Source: Eubacteriales bacterium (lineage in GTDB: Bacteria; Bacillota; Clostridia; Oscillospirales; CAG-382). From it: a stretch of 56,803 nucleotides of DNA. Each line of letters begins with the position of its first letter. The first letter of the stretch is position 1. This document shows, one piece after another, positions 47,768-56,803 of the stretch. The translations under genes and the position numbers were made by a program. The stretch spans positions 1 to 56,803 of the forward strand of contig JAZUKE010000140.1 of NCBI GenBank assembly GCA_045643125.1, in the 5' to 3' direction. Under the pieces are notes generated by a model. The model had not been told where the DNA came from. It saw nothing but the letters and a program-made list of their open reading frames with translations, and searched no databases.

Positions 47768-49570
47768 TTATATTTTTCTCATTTCGGTGATACGCAGTTT
47801 GGCGCAGCCGTATGGGAAAAGCTGTTTTGTTTCTTTCCCGTAGGGGAAAACCTTTTCGGGCGGGAGTTTTGAGCAGACCGTATCAAATCCGTCCTCATAA
47901 TCCCAATCTATGCGTGCAAGATCGGTTCCGATCGTTATCGGCGGCGTTACCGACGAAAACGGTGTTTTGCCGACACCGTTGAAGCGCACATTGAAAAAGC
48001 TGCCGCAAAGCGCATAGCGCCATTCGCTTTTGCCGACATATTCGTAATCGCAGTACGGAAAACGTCTTTCAACGCCGCCTGCGGTGTATTCACGCATTTT
48101 CTTTTCGTATTCTATCGGAAGCGCAAAAACAAGGCTTCCGTACATAACAGATGAGAGCCCGTGAGGACGCGGCAAAACAACGGCTTCTCTTTCAAAGTCG
48201 ATGACCAGATCGCAGTCGTTTCTGATGCCGAAAATCGCATAGTTACCGGACGTAACTCTTTTGCCGCCCGGAAGTAAAGCAGTACATCCCTCGGGGACTC
48301 TGACCTTGAACGTGAACGGCTTTTGGGTCCTTACGGCGTATTCCACTCTGTTGCCGAACGGATAATCGGTTTTGACTTCGATCGTCGTACCGCCGTCATT
48401 GAGTACAGACGGTATCGGAAGTGACGAAATAATAGTTCCGTCGTCATACGAAAACGCGGACAGCGCAGTATCCGTCCATCCTCTGCCGTGGTCGGCGGTG
48501 CAGCAGCCGTAATTCGGCTCAAGTCCGAAAATATGCGCGTCCCCGTTATTTGTGCGGAAGACGGAACGCCCCGGGAAGATCTCGCACGAGATCTGATTTG
48601 ACATCTGATCGTACTGATGCGCCCACATATCGTCGCTGAGAGCCGCCGGCAATGCATTGAACGCGGCTTTTTCGAGCCGTTCGAGCCAAACGGTGTCACC
48701 CGTCGCCTTATACATCACCTTGCAGGAATACATCAGTTCCACGACGGCGCAAAGCTCCGTTCCCTGAATCGGGCTCAAACCGGAAAGACATTCGTCACCG
48801 GTAAAAATACCCGCGGGAGTTCCGTTGTATTTCATAAGAAGGTCATAATGCTTTTCTGCCTGACCTTTATAAATGCCGCCAAGCAGATTTTTCGTTATGC
48901 CTTCGATCTTCACCATTTCGGCAAGATTTACGACGTGCGTTTCAAAAGTCCACTTGTTGAGCGGACGGATCCAAAGGTCTTCAAAGTCCGAATAAGACGC
49001 TCCCTGCGACTTAAGGATCGCCGCAAGCGACGGTATCCATTCTTCGCGGTAAATACCGTAAATGAGGTCGAGAGCATCGAACAGTTCAAACCAACGGAAC
49101 TTTCCCCAGCTGAACAGCCGGATCTTCCCCTCGGACAGCAAAGAATAATAATTCTTCAGCGCCTTATAGAGAGACGCGGTTATCCGCTCGTCTCCCGTAC
49201 ATTCGTAGTAAATGACGAATGCGCGTGAAAGCTGCATAAGCGCCCAGGTATCATACGTCGGGATCTCGTCGTCACTGCACGGACAGATCCAACCGTCGGG
49301 ACGCTGAAACGCAAGGATCGCATCTATGTAACGCTTTGCACGCGATTTCAGACCATCGTCGTCGAGCAGGTAAGCCAGCGGGACAAAACCGCAAAGCCAA
49401 TAAGGAACACGTTCCCAGCCTTCGCGGTCGCCGCCTATCCATTTGCTGTCTCTTACGTCAGCCCAAACTTTGTCAAGATTGCCCGCAAGTCCGTTTGCCT
49501 GGATCTCAAGCTGATTTTTGAGCCATCCGGACGGGCGCAATTCCTTTGACGTATAAAATCCGAGTGCCAT
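47768..49570 (-). CDS. GH127-like beta-L-arabinofuranosidase family protein
   Basis: RPSGWL..QL, GWERVPYW, HVVN, GTELCAVVE, EKAAFNALP, YGCCTA, TDYPF, RVP. Confidence 0.8.
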   Translation of the reverse strand: MALGFYTSKELRPSGWLKNQLEIQANGLAGNLDKVWADVRDSKWIGGDREGWERVPYWLCGFVPLAYLLDDDGLKSRAKRYIDAILAFQRPDGWICPCSDDEIPTYDTWALMQLSRAFVIYYECTGDERITASLYKALKNYYSLLSEGKIRLFSWGKFRWFELFDALDLIYGIYREEWIPSLAAILKSQGASYSDFEDLWIRPLNKWTFETHVVNLAEMVKIEGITKNLLGGIYKGQAEKHYDLLMKYNGTPAGIFTGDECLSGLSPIQGTELCAVVELMYSCKVMYKATGDTVWLERLEKAAFNALPAALSDDMWAHQYDQMSNQISCEIFPGRSVFRTNNGDAHIFGLEPNYGCCTADHGRGWTDTALSAFSYDDGTIISSLPIPSVLNDGGTTIEVKTDYPFGNRVEYAVRTQKPFTFKVRVPEGCTALLPGGKRVTSGNYAIFGIRNDCDLVIDFEREAVVLPRPHGLSSVMYGSLVFALPIEYEKKMREYTAGGVERRFPYCDYEYVGKSEWRYALCGSFFNVRFNGVGKTPFSSVTPPITIGTDLARIDWDYEDGFDTVCSKLPPEKVFPYGKETKQLFPYGCAKLRITEMRKI

Positions 49571-49591
49571 ATCAACACCTTTTCGGATACT

Positions 49592-49888
49592 TTATTCGAT
49601 AGTAAGTATATCCGAGAAACCTGTGATATCGAAAACTTCCATAATGTCGGGGCAGACATTGTGGATAACCATTTTGCCCTGTTTGTTCATTGTCTTCTGT
49701 GCGGAAAGAAGTACACGAAGTCCGGCGGAAGAAACGTATTCGAGCTTAGCAAAGTCAAGAGTAAGTTCGGTTACGCCGTTAAGGGATTCACGAAGTTCGT
49801 TTTCGAGCTTGGGTGCGGTCGTAGTGTCGAGTCTGCCGACAACCGCAAGAGAAAGTGAGTTTCCATTAAGAGATTTTTCGATTTCCAT
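49592..49888 (-). CDS. Stand-alone STAS anti-anti-sigma-type protein
   Basis: GRLDTTTAP, LEYVSSAGLRVLL, VFDITGF. Confidence 0.92.
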   Translation of the reverse strand: MEIEKSLNGNSLSLAVVGRLDTTTAPKLENELRESLNGVTELTLDFAKLEYVSSAGLRVLLSAQKTMNKQGKMVIHNVCPDIMEVFDITGFSDILTIE

Positions 49889-49902
49889 TATAAATCCTCC
49901 AT

Positions 49903-50466
49903 TTATATATCTGAAAATATTATTGATACAAGATTTGAATACTCTTCATAAGCGCCGGTGTCTTTGAGATCCGAAAGGTACTCGCGGATCGTGTTGTAGT
50001 ACCACGCCTGCATTTTCGGATCCTTTTGGTGTGTGTGCGACCAGATGTTGTTCCCCTCTTTGAGGTATGCGCGGTAGAATGAGCGGATGTTTGCGAGCTT
50101 ATCCGAAAGCCAGAGTATCTTCACGTCGATATCCGATGTGTATTTCAGCATCAGCAGTGATTCTTCTTTACGCTCCTTCCAGGTGTCGGCAGGCGGACGG
50201 TCGGAAAGTTTGTCTTCTGTTTCGCTTTGTACGAGAGCCGAAACGCGGTTGCCGAAGCGTTCCTTTATTACGCGGGGATCGACATCGCAGTCTTCGATAG
50301 TGTCGTGCAGCACGCCTGCTGCCATAATTTCGAGGTCATCGGTCATAGTTGCTATGATCGACGCTACCTCAAGCGGATGCAGTATATAAGGTGTCTTTGA
50401 CATTTTACGCATCTGCCCACTGTGGGCTGCCGTCGCAAACCCAATAGCTTCTTCAAGTACGTTCAT
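49903..50466 (-). CDS. RelA/SpoT-type HD hydrolase (Mesh1/small alarmone hydrolase-like)
   Basis: AHSGQMRK..TPYILHP, LHDTIED, SDKLAN; no synthetase domain. Confidence 0.85.
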   Translation of the reverse strand: MNVLEEAIGFATAAHSGQMRKMSKTPYILHPLEVASIIATMTDDLEIMAAGVLHDTIEDCDVDPRVIKERFGNRVSALVQSETEDKLSDRPPADTWKERKEESLLMLKYTSDIDVKILWLSDKLANIRSFYRAYLKEGNNIWSHTHQKDPKMQAWYYNTIREYLSDLKDTGAYEEYSNLVSIIFSDI

Positions 50467-50470
50467 AAAA

Positions 50471-53284
50471 TTACCTTATATTTTTCCTGATAGTAAATAT
50501 GTTTTCGTCGTTTTCGTATCTGTACTTCATACCGTCCATCGTCTTCTTGACCATATAAATGCCAAGTCCGCCGATAGACCTTTCTTCTGCCGACAAGGTT
50601 ACGTCGGGATCTTCTTTGGTGAGCGGGTTGTACGGTATGCCTTTGTCGCGGAATTTGATGTATACGCAGCCTTTTTCATCGTTGAATTCAACCGAAACGG
50701 TGACGGGACCTTTTTCGCCGGGATAGCCGTGATTGACGATATTGCTGAATATTTCATCGATCGCCACGTTGATCTGTACCACTGCTTTGAGCGGGCAGTC
50801 GATCTTTTCAAGTTCGGCTTCGGCGAACGCAGTGACTTCGGTTATGTCGTCAATCTTCGCGTGGTCAAAATGTATCTGCGGTACGGGCTCTTTGCCGATA
50901 TACTTGAATCCGAGCATCGTGATATCGTCAAACTGCGGTGCGTCGCCCACGAATTCATCAACTTCTTTTTTAATGAATTCGCACATCTCTTTCATATCCG
51001 TAAATTCTCTTGAATTCAGCGCATTAAGCAGTCTTTCTTCGCCGTACAGTTCCATTGAAGCATTCGTGGCTTCGGTAACACCGTCGGTATAAAGGAACAC
51101 TATATCGCCTCTTTCAAGATCAAGAGACTGTGTTTTGTATTTCACGCCGTCCATACCGGCAAGCACGAAGCCGACCTTTGAACGGAGATACTCAAACTTA
51201 CCGTCTGAATGTCTGACAAGCGGAGGATTGTGACCGGCGTTGGCAAATCTCATTTTGCCTTCGTTGAGATCGACGCCGCCCTGCCATGCGGTGACGAACA
51301 TCATCGCATCGTTGCCTTCGCAAAGTGCTTCGTTGCCCTTGGTGAATACGTCGCCGACCGAAAGATCGTTTTCGGTAAGGCTCTTAAGCTCTGTCTTGGC
51401 ACGCATCATAAACATCGCCGCCGGTATTCCCTTGCCCGAAACGTCGGCAACAAGGAAATTGAGCTGGTCTCTGTTTGTGATATAAAAATCGTAAAAGTCG
51501 CCGCCGACTTCCTTGGCGGGATGCATAAGCGCGAAAATATCAAGGTCTTTTCTCTTGGGGAAAGCGGGGAAAGTGCCGGGAAGCGCAGACGTCTGGATCT
51601 CTTTGGCAAAGCCGAGTTCCTTATCTATTCTTGCCGACGCTTCGTCTATGTAACGCTTGAGCGTATCGACGGTGGAGTTGATATCGTCGGAAAGCGACGC
51701 GAATTCCGCATTCGTCCTTACGTTTACCACTTCGTCGAGATCGCCGTTCGTTATCCTGCTGAGAGAGTTGTTGATGCTCTTTATCTGATTGACGACAACG
51801 TGCTTGACAAGCATATAAATGAGAGCGAACAGTATTGCGAATACGAGGATCTCCATAAACGTGTTGACGTAAAGGACGACGTTTCGCATCTGGAACGCTT
51901 CTTTTTCCGGAAGCACGGAAAGGATGTGATATCCTTCGGTCGTGCTGTATCTGCAGAAGCAGACTTCGTCGTTGAACTCCGCAGTAAAGGTCTCTGTCGT
52001 GCTGCGGTCTTCGATAACGCTTTTGGCATCCAGAACAAAGTTTTCGGGTGCGCTTACTATATCGAGATTTTGAGCCAGGATAAGTATATATCCCGTTTCG
52101 CCGACGTGACGGTTTTTGGTGATATCTTTTATGTCGGAAACGAGATCGCTTTGGAATCTTTCCGCATCGAATCCGACCTGAATGAATCCGCCGCTCGTTC
52201 TGACGCCCGCAAATTTGAGCAGCCGTGTCGGATCTGTATCCATTGCCTTATAGGAGCCGACGTATTCTTCAACTCCGCCGTCGTCGAGCAGACACAGGAA
52301 CTCCGCCGTCTGTTCGCCGGCCTTTCTGAAATTCAACGTGCCTATGTATTTTTCGTCCGAGGAATTTATTACGTTTCCGTCCTTGTCAACTCTGTTGATA
52401 ATGGCGGCGCCGTACTTTTCAGCCAAATCGGCAAAATCGTAAGAGTAAATTTCGTTTACGATGTTCCTCGTTACGTTCAGCAGATGTTTATCGGACACGT
52501 CTTCTATATCGTTTACGGTTTCGTCTATCGCAAGGTCAAGAAGCGTATCCGCCTGAACGGTCGCCGTTCTGTTCTGAAGCGTAAATACGAAGACCGTAGT
52601 GGCAAGGAACGCAAATGTCACCGCGATAAGCATCCAGCGCTGTATGGTCTGGGATATCCGTTTGCCGTCTTTTCTGGAAGCGAAGAACGCTTCTTTCGTT
52701 ATAAAGGTCAGCGCGACTGCGGACAGCAGCACTGCGGCACCGTTTGCGGTAAGCATCGGCACGGTACACGCCTTGACGGTAGCCATAGCCTTTGTCGGCG
52801 TTTCCATATTCGTTATGAAGACCATCGTAAGATGGAACACTTCCATAACGATACCTATTGCAAACGAGATGAGCCAGCCCGGCTTTTTGTTTTCAAACAT
52901 ATATTTACGCAGGAAAGCCGCGTAAAATCCGGCGATTATCGTGGAGACCGAGCAGGCTATGCGGGTGTATGCACCGACTCCCCAATATACCGCAAACCAG
53001 CGTTCTATGCCGCCGATAAGTCCCGCAACGATACCTGCGGGAGCGCCGAACATAAGTCCGGCGGTAAGCACGGCACCGTCACGGCAGTTTGCCTGTGCGC
53101 CGTTCATCGGGATGCCCCATTCGGTTCCGAGGACTGCAAGGCAGCCGAAAAGTATGCCTATAAAGATCTGCTTTCTCGCATAACCGAGAGATCCGAATTT
53201 TGTCTTTTTTTCACCCAGATAGACGAATATCGTTGCAAGTACGGGAAGCAGCGTCGCTATGGAAAGTTTTATTACCGATAACAT
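50471..53284 (-). CDS. Membrane sensor: LytS 5TM - extracellular domain - HAMP - PP2C (SpoIIE-type) - RsbW-type ATPase/kinase
   Basis: ANCRDGAVLTAGLMFGAPAGIVAGLIGG; SLSRITNGDL..EFASLSDDIN; VGGDFYD, ADVSGKG, YTDGVTE, DDIT; DEIFSNIVNHGY, DKGIPYNP, GGLGIYMV. Confidence 0.88.
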   Translation of the reverse strand: MLSVIKLSIATLLPVLATIFVYLGEKKTKFGSLGYARKQIFIGILFGCLAVLGTEWGIPMNGAQANCRDGAVLTAGLMFGAPAGIVAGLIGGIERWFAVYWGVGAYTRIACSVSTIIAGFYAAFLRKYMFENKKPGWLISFAIGIVMEVFHLTMVFITNMETPTKAMATVKACTVPMLTANGAAVLLSAVALTFITKEAFFASRKDGKRISQTIQRWMLIAVTFAFLATTVFVFTLQNRTATVQADTLLDLAIDETVNDIEDVSDKHLLNVTRNIVNEIYSYDFADLAEKYGAAIINRVDKDGNVINSSDEKYIGTLNFRKAGEQTAEFLCLLDDGGVEEYVGSYKAMDTDPTRLLKFAGVRTSGGFIQVGFDAERFQSDLVSDIKDITKNRHVGETGYILILAQNLDIVSAPENFVLDAKSVIEDRSTTETFTAEFNDEVCFCRYSTTEGYHILSVLPEKEAFQMRNVVLYVNTFMEILVFAILFALIYMLVKHVVVNQIKSINNSLSRITNGDLDEVVNVRTNAEFASLSDDINSTVDTLKRYIDEASARIDKELGFAKEIQTSALPGTFPAFPKRKDLDIFALMHPAKEVGGDFYDFYITNRDQLNFLVADVSGKGIPAAMFMMRAKTELKSLTENDLSVGDVFTKGNEALCEGNDAMMFVTAWQGGVDLNEGKMRFANAGHNPPLVRHSDGKFEYLRSKVGFVLAGMDGVKYKTQSLDLERGDIVFLYTDGVTEATNASMELYGEERLLNALNSREFTDMKEMCEFIKKEVDEFVGDAPQFDDITMLGFKYIGKEPVPQIHFDHAKIDDITEVTAFAEAELEKIDCPLKAVVQINVAIDEIFSNIVNHGYPGEKGPVTVSVEFNDEKGCVYIKFRDKGIPYNPLTKEDPDVTLSAEERSIGGLGIYMVKKTMDGMKYRYENDENIFTIRKNIR

Positions 53285-53363
53285 CTTCGATCAAACCTCA
53301 AAGCTTATTTTTTATTGGCGATCCCATATTCTTCGGCGGAACCGATCGTCATCTGCGGTCAAA

Positions 53364-54530
53364 TCAGAAATCAAGTGTATCGACCGTTTCAAGAAGCGGG
53401 AGCAACTTGCTCTTGCCGTATTCGACAGCCGCTTTTCCGGCTTCTCCGCGTTTCGCGTTGTGTCTGATAAGACGGAAATAAGTGAGTACGGATACCTTGC
53501 GTTCGACCTCCGCGATCCTCTTTTCGTCATCGGTGCCGAGATAGCAGGCAAGGAATTTCTTCCAGAAATATTTTGCGGTCTCGTAAGGAAGTCCGAGGAA
53601 ATCTTCGGTCATCTTGGGATCGACTTCGCCGAATACGACGTAAGTTATATGTATGTTTCCGAGTTCAAAGATAGGATGTCCGTATGCGAGTCTGTCCATA
53701 TCAATAAGCATAATTTCGCCGTTCTGACGCATTACGTTATTGGTGTGGTAATCGTTATGGAGCATCGTGTTTCTGTCCGGCACGCCGTAAACGAGCTTCT
53801 TGAGCTTGTTGAAAGCATCGTCGTCAAGGCACTTTCTTACTCTTTCAAGTCCTTCGTCAAGCGTCGTCTTTATGTCGGGGATGTCTTCGCCGTTGACAAC
53901 GGTGGAATGGATGGTCCTGAGGTTTGCGGCATATTCGGCTATATAGTCGTCGATATGCTCGGGATCGGATATGATGAGTTTGGAATAGGACTGCGCGTCG
54001 AGCAGTTCAAACACCGAGCCGTAGCTTTCGCCGACTCTGACGATATCGTATGAAATGGCGGTGGGAATGCCGAGAACGAAAGCACGTCTCGCAAGCTTAC
54101 GTTCGTTGATGATATCGGGAAGGCTTCCCTTATCGTTATATACCTTTATGACGGTGTCTCCGTTATAACGGTAAACCGTTCCCTTTGCGCCTTTGCCTAT
54201 CACGGGGCATCCGTCAACGGAAAGGCGGCGGTACGCCTTTTCGACAGGCATCATTTCGTTGAAGCCCGTCATCTCGAAGATATCGTACACCTCAACGCTC
54301 GCATTGACGATTTTGAGCGTGGCGTCTCTTTTGCGGAGTCTGAGTATCACGCGGAGTCCGGCACTCGATATATATTCCAATTTGTCTGCATCTATTATCG
54401 AAGCGGTATGTGCGTTTTTGGAAAATATATCGTCAAGTTCCGCACCGATCTGCGGAGCATTGGACGAATCCAATCTGCCTTCGAGCCCTACCACAAGTAT
54501 TCCGTTTTCGCAGCTGCTTGTTATATTCAC
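53364..54530 (-). CDS. STAS domain fused to APH/choline-kinase-like phosphotransferase
   Basis: N-terminal GRLDSSNA, YISSAGLR; IGKGAKGTVY, VIKVY, LHNDYHTNNVM, LIDMD; GTG start with GGAGGG RBS. Confidence 0.85.
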   Translation of the reverse strand: MNITSSCENGILVVGLEGRLDSSNAPQIGAELDDIFSKNAHTASIIDADKLEYISSAGLRVILRLRKRDATLKIVNASVEVYDIFEMTGFNEMMPVEKAYRRLSVDGCPVIGKGAKGTVYRYNGDTVIKVYNDKGSLPDIINERKLARRAFVLGIPTAISYDIVRVGESYGSVFELLDAQSYSKLIISDPEHIDDYIAEYAANLRTIHSTVVNGEDIPDIKTTLDEGLERVRKCLDDDAFNKLKKLVYGVPDRNTMLHNDYHTNNVMRQNGEIMLIDMDRLAYGHPIFELGNIHITYVVFGEVDPKMTEDFLGLPYETAKYFWKKFLACYLGTDDEKRIAEVERKVSVLTYFRLIRHNAKRGEAGKAAVEYGKSKLLPLLETVDTLDF

Positions 54531-54563
54531 TGAATTTTCCCTCCAAAAGTATTCCTACACAAT

Positions 54564-54592
54564 ATTATATTTGATTTATTTCAAAAAATCAA
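54564..54592 (-). promoter_or_regulatory. Sigma-A promoter of signalling operon with overlapping inverted repeat
   Basis: TTGATT-17 nt-TATAAT; TTGATTT-N8-AAATCAA palindrome at 54571-54592. Confidence 0.6.
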
Positions 54593-54610
54593 GTGTTTTT
54601 TCAAAACGCT

Positions 54611-55474
54611 TCAAAATGCTTCGTACATATCTGCAAGTTTTCTTGCGGTGTCGGCAAGTTCTTTCATTCCCGTAAATACGTTTTCTTTATCGTATTTATG
54701 CAGATAAGCGTCACATTCAAGAGTGAAATACCCGTTATAGCCGTTTTGTTTGAGCGCTTTTACGACAGCTTCAAAATCTATCGACATACTGAAAGGTATC
54801 TGATGCGAATCGTGCTTAAGGTCATTATCGTGGATATGGAGCGCCTGCAGATGCCCGCCGAGCTTGTTTATGCAATCGACGGCAGAGGTGCCGAGCCCGT
54901 GCATTTCGGCGTGTCCTATATCAAGGCAGACGACAAAATCTTCGTCATTCACGGCGGCGACGTGTTCAAGCATACTTTCGGGAGTCGAGCAAGCGGCGAC
55001 AGCCGCCTGATCCTTTTCGTTATCCCAGCCCCACATATTTTCGGTGGCGATCTTTACGCCGCATTCCTTTGCGAACGGGAGCAGTTCGTGGTACATTTCG
55101 GCGTTCTGCTCGGCAGTTCCGTAGTTATCGGGATGGATTATACATATCTTTCCGCCTGCTTCCGCGGTACATTCTATCGCGCGTTTGAAATAGGAACGTA
55201 TTGCCGCGCAGTAAGTGGGAAACGGTGCATGAGACTGGTTACATTCGATACCGTTGTCAAGACCGACCTGTTTAAGACGTCTTGCAAAGGCAAGATAATC
55301 ATTTCCGGCAAGCGGATGATCGTTGGGACGAAGAATGCCTTTTGCCCAATCGTAGGAGGTCATTCTGAACATCGAAAAGTCCCATGCGTCAAATCCCGCT
55401 TTTGCGTAATTTTCAATGGCTTTTTCTTCGCCGACGAACAAAGCCGCCGAGTTGATTTCAGTTGAAGTTTTCAT
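54611..55474 (-). CDS. Sugar phosphate isomerase/epimerase (AP endonuclease 2 TIM barrel)
   Basis: AGFD, QSHAPF, IATENM, CLDIGH, LHIHDN..DSH.IP, TLE. Confidence 0.85.
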   Translation of the reverse strand: MKTSTEINSAALFVGEEKAIENYAKAGFDAWDFSMFRMTSYDWAKGILRPNDHPLAGNDYLAFARRLKQVGLDNGIECNQSHAPFPTYCAAIRSYFKRAIECTAEAGGKICIIHPDNYGTAEQNAEMYHELLPFAKECGVKIATENMWGWDNEKDQAAVAACSTPESMLEHVAAVNDEDFVVCLDIGHAEMHGLGTSAVDCINKLGGHLQALHIHDNDLKHDSHQIPFSMSIDFEAVVKALKQNGYNGYFTLECDAYLHKYDKENVFTGMKELADTARKLADMYEAF

Positions 55475-55506
55475 TTTTCGTTTCACCTTTTGTGTGCTTT
55501 TTCAGA

Positions 55507-56803
55507 TCAGACGAGCGCAAGCTTTTTCTGATGCTTCATTTCTTCGGATTCGGCAGCCTTTTTGTTGACCTCTTCCGGAGTGCGGAATGACGGCACCGCG
55601 GCGTGCATCGCTTTTCTTACCTCGGCGTCGTCGTTCGACGCAACGGCGTCGGCAAGAAGTGCAAGCTTTGATTCAAGCTCGTCCATACTTATTCCGTTGT
55701 CGCGTTCGACGAAAATAAGGCTGTTTTCGGTCTTATCGAGTTCTTCCGTCTTGACAAGCAGCTCTTCATAGAGCTTTTCGCCGGGACGAAGCCCCGTTTC
55801 GATTATGGGTATATCAATATCCGGTCTGAAGCCGGCAAGCCTTATCATATTTTCGGCAAGGTCGTATATTTTTATCGGCTGTCCCATATCAAGGACGAAA
55901 AGTTCGCCGTTGTCAGCCATTGCGCCGGATTGAAGCACGAGCTGGCTGGCTTCGGGGATAGTCATAAAATAGCGGATTATGCGTTTGTCCGTAATGGTGA
56001 CGGGGCCGCCGTTGGCGATCTGCTTTTTGAACAGCGGTATGACGCTTCCGGCGCTTCCGAGTACGTTGCCGAAACGCGTGGCGCTGAACGTGGTCTTCGT
56101 TCCCGAATGACTGTGGGCAAGCACGATCATTTCGCACATACGCTTTGTTGCGCCCATAATATTGGTCGGGTTGACCGCCTTATCGGTAGAAACCATAATA
56201 AAGCGCTCCACGCCGTATTTTTCGGAAAGTTCAACGGAATTGAGGGTGCCGAACACGTTGTTTTCGACCGCTTCGATACAGTTTTTCTCCATAAGCGGGA
56301 CGTGCTTATGCGCCGCGGCGTTGATGACGATGTTCGGGTGATATTCGGCAAATACCCTTTCGAGTCCGATCCTGTTGCAGACCGAAACTATTTCGACGTT
56401 CACATCAAGAGAATTCTTATATGCCATACTCAGTTCCTGCTGAACGTCGTATGCGCCGTTCTCGTAAACGTCAAGGATAACTATGCGTTTGGGCGACATC
56501 TTTGCAAGCTGACGGCAGATCTCCGAGCCTATCGAGCCGCCGCCGCCCGTGACGAGTATGACTTTGTCTTTGTAAAACGCAACGGCTTTTTCGCTGTCAA
56601 CGACAACGGGATCGCGGAAAAGCAGTTCTTCTATATCGAATTCGCGCAGATGCCTTTTGGTGCCGTAGGTCTGCATCGTCGGGTAATCATAGACTTTGAT
56701 CTTATAACCGGCTTCTTTATAACGCGAATACAGTTCTTTTTTCTTTTCGCTTGAAATATTGTGAATGGCGAAGATGACTTCGGTGACTTCGTGACGCGAA
56801 AGG
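55507..56803 (-). CDS. CapD/PglF-like nucleoside-diphosphate sugar dehydratase, 5' end outside window
   Basis: VTGGGGSIGSEI, AAAHKHVPLME, STDKAVNPTNIMGATK, RFGNVLGS, GLRPGEKLYEEL; frame open to window edge. Confidence 0.93.
   Translation of the reverse strand, partial: LSRHEVTEVIFAIHNISSEKKKELYSRYKEAGYKIKVYDYPTMQTYGTKRHLREFDIEELLFRDPVVVDSEKAVAFYKDKVILVTGGGGSIGSEICRQLAKMSPKRIVILDVYENGAYDVQQELSMAYKNSLDVNVEIVSVCNRIGLERVFAEYHPNIVINAAAHKHVPLMEKNCIEAVENNVFGTLNSVELSEKYGVERFIMVSTDKAVNPTNIMGATKRMCEMIVLAHSHSGTKTTFSATRFGNVLGSAGSVIPLFKKQIANGGPVTITDKRIIRYFMTIPEASQLVLQSGAMADNGELFVLDMGQPIKIYDLAENMIRLAGFRPDIDIPIIETGLRPGEKLYEELLVKTEELDKTENSLIFVERDNGISMDELESKLALLADAVASNDDAEVRKAMHAAVPSFRTPEEVNKKAAESEEMKHQKKLALV

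Noticed and set aside
1-56803. rRNA, tRNA, T-box or metabolite riboswitches, prophage, integrase or transposase genes
   Set aside because: None recognised by eye in ORFs or intergenic regions; a covariance-model scan would be needed to exclude small RNAs

Overview
Chromosomal window from a spore-forming Clostridia-type Firmicute. The taxonomy is inferred from the glgBCDAP and spoIIA operons, the L20/S15 leaders and consensus sigma-A promoters. Core content: a glycogen operon (glgB-glgC-glgD-glgA-glgP-GH13, with an AAC(3)-family gene coupled at its end), rpsO-pnp, rplM-rpsI, spoIIAA-spoIIAB-sigF, a heterodimeric ABC exporter, rpsU (missing from the ORF track), infC-rpmI-rplT, various hydrolases and a partial CapD-type gene at the right edge. 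No rRNA, tRNA or CRISPR array was seen. Three observations stand out. (1) A partner-switching operon with no sigma factor (47768-54592) combines a STAS-APH-like kinase fusion, a LytS-5TM/extracellular/HAMP/PP2C/RsbW-kinase sensor, a Mesh1/SAH-like HD hydrolase, a free STAS protein and a GH127-like gene. (2) Two related MITE-like elements with terminal inverted repeats bracket an AraC/GNAT-like gene between pnp and rpsI. (3) A recurring imperfect palindrome (CAAATCnnRRYTTR) marks the edges of AT-rich accessory gene insertions, suggesting a cassette-like acquisition system. All calls come from reading motifs by eye; no database searches were run.
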